Shown here one piece after another: positions 13,087-25,149 of a stretch of 64,000 nucleotides of DNA. Below the pieces are notes generated by a model that saw only the letters and a list, made by a program, of their open reading frames with translations, ran no database searches and was not told the DNA's origin. How positions within the stretch are numbered: position 1 is the stretch's first letter; every line of letters starts with the position of its first letter. The stretch is taken from NCBI GenBank assembly GCA_030390025.1, contig CM059432.1:36272001-36336000 (forward strand), in the 5' to 3' direction. The translations under genes were made by a program, and so were the position numbers. The DNA is from Squalus acanthias (taxonomy: Eukaryota).

Positions 13087-13866
13087 TCACGTATTCATTT
13101 GAAATATCCTTCTATTTCTACTCTGACTAGCACGTGGCACTGATAGCAATCCTGAGATTACTACCTTTGAGGTCCTATTTTTTAATTTACCTCCTAACTC
13201 CCTATATTCAGCTTTTACGACCTCATCCCGTTTTTTACCTATATCGTTGATACCTATATGCACCACAACAGCTGGCTGTTCACCCTCCCCCTCCAGAATG
13301 CCCTGCAGCCGCTCCAAGACATCCTTGACCCTTGCACCAGGGAGGTAACATACCATCCTGGAGTCTCGTTTGCGGCCGCAGAAACGCCTATCTATTCCCC
13401 TTACAATAGAATCCCCTATCACTATAGCTCTCCCGCTCTTTTTCCTCCCGCCCTGTGCAGCAGAACCACCCATGGTGCCAGGAAGATGGCTACTGCTGCC
13501 TTCCCCCGATAAGCCATCTCCCCCAACAATATCCAAAGCGGTATATCTGTTTGAGAGGGGGATGGCCACAGGGGACCCCTGCACTACCTGCCTGCGCCTA
13601 GTACTCTGCCTGGCGGTCACCCATTCCCTTCCTGCCTATGCAGCCTTTACCTGCGGTGTGACCAATTGCCTAAACGTGCTATCCATGATGTCCTCAGCAT
13701 CGCGAATGCTCCAGTATGTATCCATTCGCAGAGCCGCAATGCGGCCTGCCAGTAGCTGCAGCTGGATACACTTCCTGCACACATGGTCGTCAGGGACATA
13801 GGAAATGTCCCTGATTTCCCACATAGTGCAGGAGGAGCATGCCACGGGGCCGAGCTGTGCTGTCAT
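13087..13866 (-). pseudogene. CR1 ORF1: zinc finger plus SGNH/GDSL esterase, disrupted
   Basis: CSSCTMW...CRKC; LSNRYTAL; IVIGDSIVRG; LPGARV; VHIGINDI. Confidence 0.88.
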
Positions 13867-14427
13867 GACTTACCCTTTAATTAATTCAAATTAAATTAAA
13901 TCAAATCAAAACCACTAATTACACTACAATTAAATGATATACTCAAGGGCCCTTGTTTACTAGCAGTCCCCGCTACACAACAGAGACCCTAGAAACTATA
14001 AACCACAAAATTTAAGTTTGGAAAAAAGCGAGAAAGAGAGAAATACTCACCAACCAATCACTTACCTGCTTTCTGGTGACGTCACACTTCGATTACTTTT
14101 TACTTCTCTCTCTCCCCGCCCCTTAAATCCTCGGTCTCTGCGCTCAGTCTCCACCCAGGGCCGCTCTCGCTGCTGCCACCGGTGAGTCTGGGCTGCACTC
14201 TCGCTCCCCGCTCCTTAAATCCTCAGTCTCTGCGCTCAGTCTCTACCCAGGGCCCCGCTCTCGCTGCTGCCGCCAGTGAACCTGACGTCTTTTGGATGAT
14301 GTCGCCAAGGGGCAGCATGTAGATGAGAAATAGGAGGGGGCCAAGGATAGATCCTTGGGGGACACCAGAGGTAACAAAAGGGAGGGGCTGCAATCTTCTG
14401 CCTTGGGATATAAATATGAAATACAGG

Positions 14428-16080
14428 ACAATAACTTGCATTTATAAAGCATCTTTAATGTAGAAAAACATCTCAAGGCACTTCACAGAGGCGTAATATA
14501 AAAACAATTGACAGTGAGAGTCAAAGAGGAAAGATAAGGATGGATAACCAAAAGTTTGATAAAAGATTTGGGTTTTATGGAAGAGAGGGAAGTGGAGAGG
14601 CAGAGGAGTTTAGGGAGGGAATTCCAGAATATGGAACCTTTGGTGGCTGAAGGCATGACCACCAATTTTGGGGCAATGCACAAGAGGCTGGAGTGAGAGG
14701 AACCAACAGATTGGGGGAGGGGTGGGTTGTAGGAGGTTACAGAGATAGAGAGGTGAGGCCATGAAGGGTTTAAACAAATTTGAGAATTTTAAATTTGATG
14801 CACCGGGGGATCAGAAGCCAACGTAAGTCAGTGTTGATGGGTGAGCTGGAGATAGGATGCGGGTTTTGGATGAGCTGGTTTACGGAGGATAGTTAATGGG
14901 AGGCCAGCCAGGAGAGCAATAGAATAGTCAACTCAGAGGTGTGAATAAGGGTTACAGCAGCATATGAGCTGATATAAGAGTTGATGCAGGCCACATTAGG
15001 AGGTGGATGTATGTAGTCTTGTGATGGAGAGGATTATGGGGTCAGAAACTTAGCTTGGGGTCGAATAGGCCTCTGAAGGTGCAAACAATCTGGTCCAGCC
15101 CAAGACAGTGGCCGGGGACAGCGTGGAGTTGGTGGCAAGAGTACGGAGTGTGTGGCAGGGGGATGAAGACAATGGATTTGGTCTTCCCAATGTTTAGCTT
15201 GAGGAACTTGCAGCTCATCCAAGGCTGGATGTCAGCAGAGAGGCTTTAGAGGGGTCGAGAGAGGTGGTGTCATCAGCAATGTTCCCCCTAATTTTTTTTT
15301 GGGTGCGCGGTCCCTTTAACGGGCTGCACGGCCCACTCAAAGTTTCATGCATGCGCAAAATTTCACATTTGAAAAGCCAGTCCCTGGCTGCGCGGGACCG
15401 GCTGACAGCTGCGTGACTGCGCAGCTTAAAGGGAACGTTGGTCATCAGCGTACACGTGGAAGCTGAACTCATGTCTGTGGATGATGTTGCCAAAGGGCAT
15501 GTGTGTACATTAGGATGAGGCAGTGGCCAAGGACAGATACCTGGGGATCTCCTGAGACATGGAGGCGAGAAGAGAAGCCATTGCTAGCTCTGCCTACGCA
15601 TGGATAGTTAAAAGTTGAACAAAACGAGGGCAGTCCCACTGAGCTAATCAATGGGAGAAAGGCATTAGAGGAGGTGTGGTTGACCATATCAAGGGCTACA
15701 CAGAGGTCAAGGAGGGTTAATACACTGTGGTCACAGTCACAGAGAATGTCATTTACGACTTTGGTTAGGGCCGTTTCAGTGCTGTGGGATAGGTGCACGT
15801 CATGGATTAAATTAGCTTGGAAAATACATGGGAAATATAGGAGTGAAACTAAAATGTGACAGGGTTCAGGGCTGGGGCATAGGGGGCTTGTGGGCAGGTT
15901 TGGTTTGGTGGGCAAGGGGAAGGGGAGGAAGCAGCAGACATAGCTGACTGGATGGTCCCCATCTTGGTGATAAAGAAGTTCATGAGCAGTTCACACTTGT
16001 TAGAGGGGAGGTTGGAAGTGCAGGGGAGAGGAGTTTAAGAAGATTTATGGTAGTGGAGAAAAGAAACAGAGTTATCTGAA
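14428..16080 (-). mobile_element. Old L2 LINE fragment
   Basis: L2 tail at 14428-14490; HSTETALTKVVNDIL and LLDLCVALDMVNH remnants. Confidence 0.8.
15277..15440. mobile_element. hAT-type MITE (~164 bp) inside L2
   Basis: TIRs CAATGTTCCC / GGGAACGTTG; perfect 8-bp TSD GTCATCAG (15269-15276, 15441-15448). Confidence 0.92.
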
Positions 16081-17128
16081 AAGCGACAGATACAAATTCA
16101 ATGCCAATGCACCATGCAGCACTCTCCAGCCCAGGTCTCAGTGATGCTAGGGAGGATCCCCAATTACAGGGTTTTCAACTAGGAATGTTTCCTGCTGGTT
16201 AGTAGGATATTTTCCAAATTATGCAGAGGTGGAAGATGAGGATGAGGAAGAGGAGAGGGTGCAGTAGCAGGAAACAGAGGATGTCCCCCTCCATCGAGTG
16301 GAATCTCCAGTAATTATTTCTCTACTCACCACCTGCATTGTTACCTCTGGACTCCCCTAAGGATCAATCTTTGGGCTCTCCCTTACATGCTGCTCCTTGA
16401 GGCATCATCTGTATACGTGGGAAAAGATCCATGTGAAGGAGGGCGAGATCAAGTGGAACAGGTCTTTGCCCATCTAACTGAGTCAGGGCAGAGTGTGTTT
16501 TTTAGTTCATAGTTGGACATAAACCCAAAGCATTCGGGTGTCCAAAGTTATCTTTGCAACAAGGGCTTGTTTCTCTCTGGCCAAATACTGCAATCATTTT
16601 GTGCCAGCAATTGAATGTTGGCCAGGACACTAGTACTCACCTGCTCTTCTAATAGTTCTTTTACATCCATCAGGTTTGACCACACTCCCTCAGTATTGCA
16701 CTGAAATATCACCCTAAATTACATGCTGAAGTCTCTGGTGGGATAGAATGTTCGATCTTATGATTTAGAGGCCACTGAACCAAACTGGCATCTTTCGAAA
16801 ATCTGCCTTTTATTACATTGAACCAATGTCACTGTTCTCGCCAACCTCCCTTGGCTGCCACAACAACAACTTGCATTTATTTATATAGCGCCTTTAACGT
16901 AGTAAAATCTCCCAAGGCACTTCCATCACCATGGAAGCATAGGCTGATCCTTCAGTGTAGTACTAGCGTGAGTCGGAGTTTTCAATAAAGGAAGGGGAGG
17001 GGAAGGAAATCCTGCTAAGCTTTGCAAATTTGTTCCAGGGTTGTCAAAATACGGAATGCAAGTTGCAGAGTTTAAAAAACCTGTAGTACTTAAATAAAGG
17101 CTACTTATAATAACACCAGAAAATTCTT

Positions 17129-17299
17129 ATACAAAAGCAAAATACTGTGGATGCTGGAAATCTGAAATAAAAAATGAAAATGCTGGAAATACTCAGCAGG
17201 TCAGGCAGCATCTGTGGAGAGAGAAACAGAGTTAACGTTTCACGTTTCAGGTCGATGACGGTCGTCAGACCGTTTCTGACCGAAGGTCATCGACCTGAA
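17129..17299 (-). mobile_element. Penelope-like terminal fragment with a short inverted copy and hammerhead-like motif
   Basis: 14-bp TSD ACCAGAAAATTCTT (17115-17128, 17300-17313); same sequence as the 3' end of the PLE at 61467; inverted pair 17244-17259 / 17286-17301. Confidence 0.85.
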
Positions 17300-17429
17300 A
17301 CCAGAAAATTCTTTATGCCAACAAGATTGAATCTCCCTTATATAGGGTGGGAGGGGGGTTGGTTTGGAAATGGTTTGGGTGTCAGTTTGATGGACGCCTC
17401 CTTCCTTCTCAACCTAATTTGCTGCACTG

Positions 17430-18070
17430 TTAAGTCCCGCCCGCCCGCTGCTCAGCTACAAACCTCTCGACGCAACTGGCCGCGCGACATCACAATACGG
17501 CGTCACCAAACCCTGACGCACCAAGCAATTGGTCCGAGGTCGTGGCAATCACGTCCTGCGTCATCACATTAGGTTGAGGCGAGGATCTTTAGCGGTCGCA
17601 CAGATTGAATTCAAGCCTGAAAACCATTAACCAGACGAGAGGGAGGAGAGAAATTAAAATAAAGTTAGGTGGGGGCAAAAATAAAAATTACCGTAGCAAG
17701 ATTTCCAGTCAGCAACACGTAAGTCTACTTTCATACGATAAAACGACGTTAAAATATACATTTAAATTCTGCCACTGAGGGAAAGGGAGGGGAGGGGGGG
17801 GGTTGGGTTAGGGCGGGTAAAGGGAAAAAAGAAATTCCCTCATCATTTATTCAGGGTGGCGCCTTTCGTGTCAACGTAACTTGCTACCGGAAGTCCTGCC
17901 CTGAATCTATTGGCGCGACGTCTTGACGTCGATTGGACGGGAAGCTGGCGCCGGGGCGCCATTGCTCGCGCCGATTGGCTGCCTCACTTGTCGGTCGCGC
18001 GCGGAGGAGGTGGGTGGACGTCGCGTACGCACGCCGCGACGGTTTATCAGGTTTGGTTGCGCTGCCCCTC
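17430..18070 (+). promoter_or_regulatory. CpG-rich promoter of an unidentified host gene
   Basis: The only clearly CpG-dense non-repeat stretch. Contains GC boxes (17436, ~17810), ETS CCGGAAGT (17887-17894), three inverted CCAAT boxes (17909, 17932, 17974) and CRE-like TGACGTC/TGACGCA/TGCGTCA. Confidence 0.8.
17570..17718 (+). other. Candidate upstream alternative non-coding first exon
   Basis: Follows the GC/CRE cluster at 17430-17565 and ends at donor CAC|GTAAGT (17718/17719). Confidence 0.4.
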
Positions 18071-18236
18071 CCCCTTCCATCAGGCTGACTAACTTTGCAG
18101 CACTGACTTGTCTCTTTGGTTTTTACCCCAGTCTGTTTAAGAACTGATTTCTGTAGCCCAATATATAGATATAAAGATCCTCAACCTCTGAGGAGCGACT
18201 TTAACACAATAATACAGAAACTTATACCAAATTCAG
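18040..18236 (+). other. Candidate non-coding first exon
   Basis: Downstream of the CCAAT/ETS cluster; ends at CAG|GTAAAA (18236/18237) followed by T-rich intron-like sequence; start approximate. Confidence 0.55.
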
Positions 18237-20532
18237 GTAAAAAAAAGTTAAAATAATTTGCTTTTAATTTTTTTAAATGTATTGCTTGGGGCATTCCATT
18301 ATTAGGGTGTGTTTTGTTGTGATTGAGTGAACCTGTCAAAATGTGTCATTTAGCTTTTTTTTTACATTTGTATTTAAATTAACTTGTGTGTTGATGGTGT
18401 CTGGTGCAATGCAGATTTAGTTTTATTAAAGTATATAGTATAAAGTATTTTGTAATTGGTATGTGTATGCTAATATTTTTATTTCCATTGTGTTGTATTT
18501 GTTATGTACTGTGTTATGTCTTGGGGGTGGGAATGCAGTTGTAATAGAATGGGTGTGGCAACAGAAGAAGCAGGGGGTTAGGCCATCCAGCATAGACTTG
18601 TCTAATCCATTGCACCGATTCAATGGATTAAATTAAATTTTATGGGGAAAGAGGAGATGGGTAAATGATCCACTATAAGAAATGTCTTTTTTAACTGGGA
18701 TGGGGGTGAGAATAGTTTAAGGCAAGCTCCCTATTGCTGTTGGGAGATGATGAATAAGCAGAGGTTGAAGTGACCAGCCATTGTTTCATCTTGTTTGTGT
18801 ATGTTGCACTTGTACATATCATAGATTAACTTTCCCCCCCTCTCATCCAGTTTTAACTATACAGTGAACTTTAAACAGTTAATAGGAATACATAAGTAGT
18901 ATAATTCCATGGCTGTTTTGAAATCAGTATTCAGTTTGCAGGATGAGTGGAATTGTCTCCCAGACAGGGTAGATGGGAGTACTCTCACCACGTGGACTGC
19001 AGCGGTTCAAGAAGGCAGCTCACCGCCACCTTCAAGGGAAACTAGGGATGTGCAATAAATGCTGGCCTTGCCAGTGACGCCCACATCCCATGAATGAATA
19101 AAATAAAAAGATGCTGAGAGGCTGTTTCCCCTGGCTGGAGAGTCTAGAACTAGAGGTCATAGGCTCAGGATAAAGGGTCAGCCATTTAGGACTGAGATGA
19201 GAAATTTCTTCACTCAGAGTTGTGAATCTTTGGAATTCTCTACCCCAGAGGGCTGTGGGTGCTCTGCCGTTGAGTATATGCAAGGATGAGATCGATAGAT
19301 TTTTGGACTTTGCTCTGCATCCAGCTGTTGGGAGCTGGGGCATGAGAGGTGACTGAACTAGAGTTAATTTACCCCTTGTGATTCATCCAGTTTGTTTTCC
19401 CTCATGAAGGAATAGTCTCAACTTGCTTGGCATCATCCTAATGGCCTAGTTGAGACTTGAAAGTTGACAATTAGGAAAACCACAAGTGTGAATATATGTA
19501 CTGGTGTGCGGTGTCCTTCCATACAATCTTCACACCTGAGGAAGCCGTTCAGGCTGGCTTTGTTGGAGCATGTGGTGCCATTGGGTTAGTAGGCAAGATT
19601 GGAGCCATAATTTATGCACCGCTGCTCCTGCACATTGGGTGAATTTTCTGATCTTAACTGAATGGAGGCTGAATGCTTCCCTGGTGTATATGTGTGGTGG
19701 GGGAGAAGGAATCCAAGGGGAAATCACCTAAACTGCTTGTGTGTTACTCTTGGTGGTCTGTTCCAAAGTGACATTTGGCAGAGCTGTAATGCAGGCTCCA
19801 AGCCTATTTCAGTCTGGAAGGCAATTGGTATTAGGTAGGGAAGAAGGAAGCAAGAGTTGAAAGAATAAGAAATTGTGTGTGGGGGCTAAGGTGGGTTTAA
19901 GATTGTGAACTGTCTATACATGATGTGTGGTGAGCTAGTACCCAGTATGTTAGAACAGGGTATCCATGGTTGTGGCACTTGGGGAAGGGGGGCTGCTGAT
20001 AGTGACTCTATGCAGAGTGTACCTCACGCTATGACTAAGCTCATTTAAACTGGCACTATTCAGTTTTATTGCTCTGGAGGTTTTGTTTTGCCCAAAAATG
20101 TTCCTAATCTTTGATTATCCCGAGTGTTGCATTGTTCTGCCTTGTGGTGGGCTGCCTGTGTGCAGGGGGCCTGTGTAAACAGCATAAGAGGCAGAAATAC
20201 GTTGGACTTGAGGATCCTAACCCTTTGCTGGTGACACTGCAATATCCCAGGATGGCTGCATTTTGTAAAGATTTTGCAACAACTGGATTACATTATCTAA
20301 TTAATGGCATCTGTCCAATTTAAGATTAACCCAGGCAAACTGAGTACCTCTAAAATGTGTATACAGTCCATATCAAGGTGTGAAATAACTACGGTTTTTT
20401 GTATGTATTAATATACAGTCATGCGCCGAATCACTTGTAAAGACACTTGCTTGCTGAGCCAATCCAGCTCCTAATTAGAGCTGGACTCCTCTTCACCGTC
20501 TCAGTAAAGTGAAGTCCTGACTATTGCTTGTG

Positions 20533-20660
20533 TGTCAGCTGTGGCTCAGTGGGTAGCACACTCGCCTCTTGAGTCAGAAGGTTGTGGGTTCAAGTCCCAC
20601 TCCAGGGACTTGAGCACATAAAACATCTAGGCTGACACTCCAGTGCAGTACTGAGGGAGT
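20533..20660 (+). mobile_element. tRNA-headed Deu-domain SINE, 5' part
   Basis: TGGCTCAGTGG A box, GGTTCAAGTCC B box, then CTGACACTCCAGTGCAGTACTGAGGG. Confidence 0.85.
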
Positions 20661-21094
20661 ACTCTACTTTATCTAATCCTATCAACATAACCTTCTATTC
20701 CTTTCTCCCTCATGTACTTATCTAGCTTCCCCTTAAACGCATCTATACTATTCACCTCAACTACCCCATGTGGTAGCAAGTTCCACATTCTAACCACTCT
20801 CTAGGTAAAGAAGTTTCCTCTGATGCATTGTTTTTCTTATTGATTGCATTGGAGAGACAGGCATGCATAGTTTAGCTCCAATTTCCCACCACCCCCACCC
20901 CAATCTACCTCTGCAGTTTGGGGTATGGTTATACAGAAATTGGTGTCTTCCTTGGACTCTGCCTAAATGGCTACTGTTCATGTGTGAGCCTAAACAACGA
21001 GAGTCACATCTGAGCCTGCAGTTCATAGGTGCACTTTTCAGCTGAAGTCACTGTTAGCAATCAAGAGCAGGAACTTTAAAAAAAAATCATCTCC

Positions 21095-21975
21095 CTCCTG
21101 GGACCTCAACTATGCGCCTATATTTATTAATGACTTGGATAACACAATAGAGAGCCATATCTCCAAGTTTGCCAATGACACAGATAGGTGACATAGTAAA
21201 CAGTGTGGACGGGAGCATAAAATTACAAAGACATTGATAGATTAAGTGAGTGGGCAAAACTGTGGCAAATGGATTTCAATGCAGGTAAATGTGAGGTCAT
21301 CCATTTTGGACCAAAAAAGGATAGATTTGAGTATGTTTTAAATGGTGAAATGTTAGGAAGGGCGGAGATTCTAAGCGATTTAAGGGACCAATTACACATC
21401 ACTAAAGTGTAGAGGTCAGGTACAAAAAATAATGGAAAAGGCTAATGGAATGTTAGCCTTTATATCTAGAGGGCTAGAATATAAAGGGGAGGAATTTTTG
21501 CTACAGCTATACAAAGCCCTAGTTAGACCACATCTGGAGTACTGTGTACAGTTCTGGGCACTGCACCTTAGAAAGGATATACTGGCCTTGGAAGGAGTGC
21601 AGCTCAGATTCACCAGAATGTTACCAGGGCTCCAAGGGTTAAATTGAGAGATTACATAAACCAGGCTTGTATTCCCTGGAATATAGAAGGTTAAGGGGTG
21701 ATTTGGTTGAGGTTTATAAGATTTTGAAAGGAATTGCTGGGGTAGGTAGAGAGAAACTTTTTCTGCTGGTGGGAGGAATCTAGGATAAGCTCACAATTTT
21801 AAAATCAGACCCAGGCCATTCAGGAGCAGTTAGGACACACTTCACACAAAGGGTGGTAGAAGTGTGGAACTCTCTCCCACCAAAAGCAGTAGATGCTAGC
21901 TCAATTAATAATTTTAAATCTAAGATTGGATTTTTGCTAGCCAAGTGTATTAAGGGATATCGAGCCAAGGCAGGT
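21095..21975 (+). mobile_element. Decayed CR1 3' fragment
   Basis: KANGMLAFISRGLEYK and [13 protein letters not shown]. Confidence 0.88.
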
Positions 21976-22029
21976 TGCATTTCTCTCTATCCAGTTGTAG
22001 AGAGTCACCTACAGTGGCTTCTCTTCCTG

Positions 22030-23065
22030 CTCTCACGCCGTTACCTCTGGAATCCCCCAAGGATTTATCCCTGGTCCCCTTCTATTTCTCATCTGCATGC
22101 TGTCCCTCGGCGACATCATCTGAAAACACGTCGGGTTCCACATGTACATGACAACACCCAGCTCTACCTCACTACCACCTTTCACGACCCCTCCGCTGCC
22201 TCTGATTTGCCACGTTGCTTGTCTGACATCCACTACTGGATGAACATGAATTTCCTCCAACTAAATATTGGGAAGACCGAAGCCATTGTCTTTGGTCTCC
22301 GCCACCAGCTCCATTTCCTAGCCACCAACTCCATTCCTCTCCCTGGCCACTGTCTGATGCTGAAACAGACTGTTTGCAACCTTGCCGTCCCATTTGCCCC
22401 CGAGTTCCGGCCCCATATCTGTCCCATCACCAAGACCGCCTATTTCCTCCTCTGGTAGCACCTGTCTCTGCCCATGCCTCAGCTCATCTGCTGCTGAAAC
22501 CCTCATCCATGCTTATGTTACCTCTAGACATGACTATTCCAATGGTCTCCTGCCCGGCCTCCCACTTTACACCTTCCGTAAATTGATCTCATCCAAAACT
22601 CTGCTGCCCCTATCCTAACTCTCACTAAATCCCGTTCACCCATCACCCCTGTGCTGGCCGATGCACATTGGCTCCCGGTCCAGCAACACCTTGATTTTAA
22701 AATTCTCATCCTTGTTTTCAAATCCCTCCCTATCTCTGTAACCTCCTACAACCCTCCGAGATCTCTGCGCTTCTCCAATTCTGACCTCTTGCGCATCCCC
22801 GATTTTAATTGCTCCACCATTGGCAGCAGTGCCTTCAGCTGCCTTGGCCTTCAGCTGCCTCGGCCCTAAGCTCTGGAATTCCCTCACTAAACCTCTCTGC
22901 CTCTCTACCCCTCTACTCCTTAAAACCTACCTGTTTTACCAAGCTTTTGATCACCTGTCCCAATATCTATGTGGCTCGGTGTCAAATTTTGTTTGCTAAC
23001 GCTCCTGTGAAGCGCCTTGGGATGTTTTACTACGATAAAGGTTCTATATAAATGCAAGGTGGTGG
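22030..23065 (+). mobile_element. L2 LINE 3' fragment
   Basis: FLQLNIGKTE, LIHAYVTSRHDYSN and HWLPVQQ; L2 tail. Confidence 0.88.
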
Positions 23066-23848
23066 TGTTAATGGAGTTAGGTTGCAGATCAGCCGTGATC
23101 TCATTCAATGGCAGAACAGGCTCAAGGGGCTTCAATTTTCTAGCAGGGAATGCTGAGGCCAATTGCAATGCTGCTACTGTCTTTCCAGCACAGATAAGTT
23201 CACTCCACACAGGCCTGGCTACTTCTGTATGGCTCAGTTCCACACTAACTATCGCACTGAGCTATCAACCTTAATTGAATGGAGGAAAAGAAAGCAGAAA
23301 CATTAAGGCTGTTGATCTGGTTATGAAGTCTGTTTGATGAGTGGGTGCAGAGCACAAATTGAGATGCTGCTTTTCAACATTTGTTTTACCTGAGCTGCTG
23401 ACTAGAGTACCTCATCAGTGATGTTTGAGGATCAAAGCAGTTCATGTGTGTTTACATTAGTGAGATGTTAGTAGATAGATAACAGCCTGTGATGCTGAGG
23501 GTAAGCTGTGGACCAGAAAATTATACTTTCAAAAATAATGTTTTTTTGTACAGTTATGCACTTTAGATAACAAGTTCCAAAAGAATGAATGTAGGGAATA
23601 TTCTATCTCCCCTCTTCCTCCCCCCCCCCCCCCCCAAGTTTTATTCATTCCTTCCTGAAGGTGCTGACTCATGGACTCATGCTGGGGTATGGTTCAGGTC
23701 AACTTTGTTCAGTCCGTAGCATTCTTGCCTCATGAGTCAGAAGGTTGAATCCTCACTCCAGACTTTGAGTACAGAATCTAAATTAATCCTTGGGCATGAT
23801 ACTGAGGAAGTGCTCCATTGTTAGCGGTGGCTTCCTTTAAATAAGATG

Positions 23849-24184
23849 TCACGCTACAGAACGTGACTTGACATCGTTGTCTGTCTTTCCAGTTTAAAAA
23901 AAAACAAACACAAAAAACAAACCCAAATGGAGAGGATATGCAGACAGCAGGTTTTGACACGTTGGACCCCCTGGGACACATCTCATTGTCTTGGCTGTGC
24001 TCTTGGTGTGTCTTTGATGTAAGGAAAGATTGTATCTCTGCATTTTCTTTGTGTTTATATTCTGTGAATTTTTGTAGATTCACTCATAGTAACTTTACCT
24101 GAAGAAGGGGTGATCGATAGCTCCGAAAGCTTGTAATTTTAAATAAATCTGTTGGACTATAACCTGGTGTTGTGCGACTTCTCA
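23849..24184 (+). mobile_element. Non-autonomous Penelope-like 3' terminal unit (single arm)
   Basis: 13-bp TSD TTTAAATAAGATG (23836-23848, 24185-24197); homologous to the palindrome arms at 25474-25885 and 52168-52289. Confidence 0.85.
24095..24136 (+). ncRNA. Minimal hammerhead-ribozyme-like motif
   Basis: UUAC-CUGAAGA-A-GGGGU(GAUCGAUA)GCUCC-GAAA-GC-UU-GUAA. Confidence 0.65.
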
Positions 24185-25107
24185 TTTAAATAAGATGGTA
24201 AGCAGAGTTCCCACCTGCCTATTGAGGTTGCAGTTGAAGATCCCATGGTGCTAGTCAATCCCCTGGTGTCCTGGCCAAAATACTTAAATTAACTATCTGA
24301 CCACTCATCCTGTTGGTGGTCTTGCTGTGCACAAAATGCTTACCCCATTTGTTTACATAGAAGCAGTTGGCACAAAAAGTCAACTGTATATCGAATCATA
24401 GAATGGTTACAGCACAGAAGCAGGCCATTCGGCCCGTCGAGCCCGTGCTGGCTCTCTGCAAGAGCACTTCAGCTAGTCCCACTCCCCCACGCTTTCCCTG
24501 TAGCCCTGCAAATTTTTTTCCTTCAGGTACTTATCCAATTCCCTTTTGAAAGCCCCGATTGAATCTGCCTCCACCACCCTTTCAGGCAGTGCATTCCAGA
24601 TCCTAACCACTCGCTGCGTAAAAAAAGTTTTCTTCATGTCGCCTTTGGTTCTTCTGCCAATCACCTTAAATCTGTGTCCTCTGGTTTTTGACCCTTCCGC
24701 CAATGGGAACAGTTTCTCTCTCTCTCCTCTCTCTCTCATGATTTTGAACACCTTTTATCAAATCTCCTCTCAACCTTCTCTGCTTTAAGGAGAACAACCC
24801 CAGCTTCTCCAGTCTATTCACGTAACTGAAGTCCCTCGTCCCTGGAACCATTCTTGTAAATCTTTTCTGCACCCTCTCTAAAGCCTTCACATCCTTCCTA
24901 AAGTGCGGTGCCCAGAATTGAACACAATACTCCAGTTTTGTCCAGTGTTTTATACAGGTTCATCATAACTTCCTTGCTTTTGAACTCTATGCCTCTATTT
25001 ATGAAGTCGATAGTGGTCATGATGCGGAGATGCCGGTGTTGGACTGGGGTGGACAAAATTGAGAGGTCGCACAACACCAGGTTATAGTCCAACAGTTTTA
25101 TTTGAAA

Positions 25108-25149
25108 TCACAAGCTTTCGGAGCTATCGATTGCTCCTTCCTCAGGTGA
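25108..25149 (-). ncRNA. Minimal hammerhead-ribozyme-like motif (left arm)
   Basis: Reverse complement of 25797-25838. Confidence 0.7.

Larger units (their letters stand above)
10150..14277 (-). mobile_element. Near full-length CR1 LINE (~4.1 kb) with internal deletions
   Basis: TSD GAACCT (10144-10149, 14278-14283); ORF1 and ORF2 remnants; CTATGTTTCT tail; tandemly repeated 5' UTR. Confidence 0.95.
7992..14376 (-). mobile_element. Old L2 LINE 3' portion in pieces (7992-8589, 9856-10149, 14278-14376), split by two CR1 insertions
   Basis: L2-type tail TATATAAATGCAAGTTGTT on -; YADDIQLYL, FLQLNIGKTE and [11 protein letters not shown] fragments collinear across the inserts. Confidence 0.85.
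23700..24370 (+). mobile_element. Decayed Deu-domain SINE split by a Penelope-like insert
   Basis: GAGTCAGAAGGTTG...ACTCCAGACTTTGAG head; the body resumes at 24198. Confidence 0.65.

Noticed and set aside
17910..18147. Short ORFs in the CpG island
   Set aside because: Non-ATG starts, expected in GC-rich DNA, no recognisable protein motif.
20533..20610. tRNA gene
   Set aside because: The A/B boxes run straight into a SINE body; these are SINE or LINE heads (also at 460 and 49984), not complete cloverleaf tRNAs.
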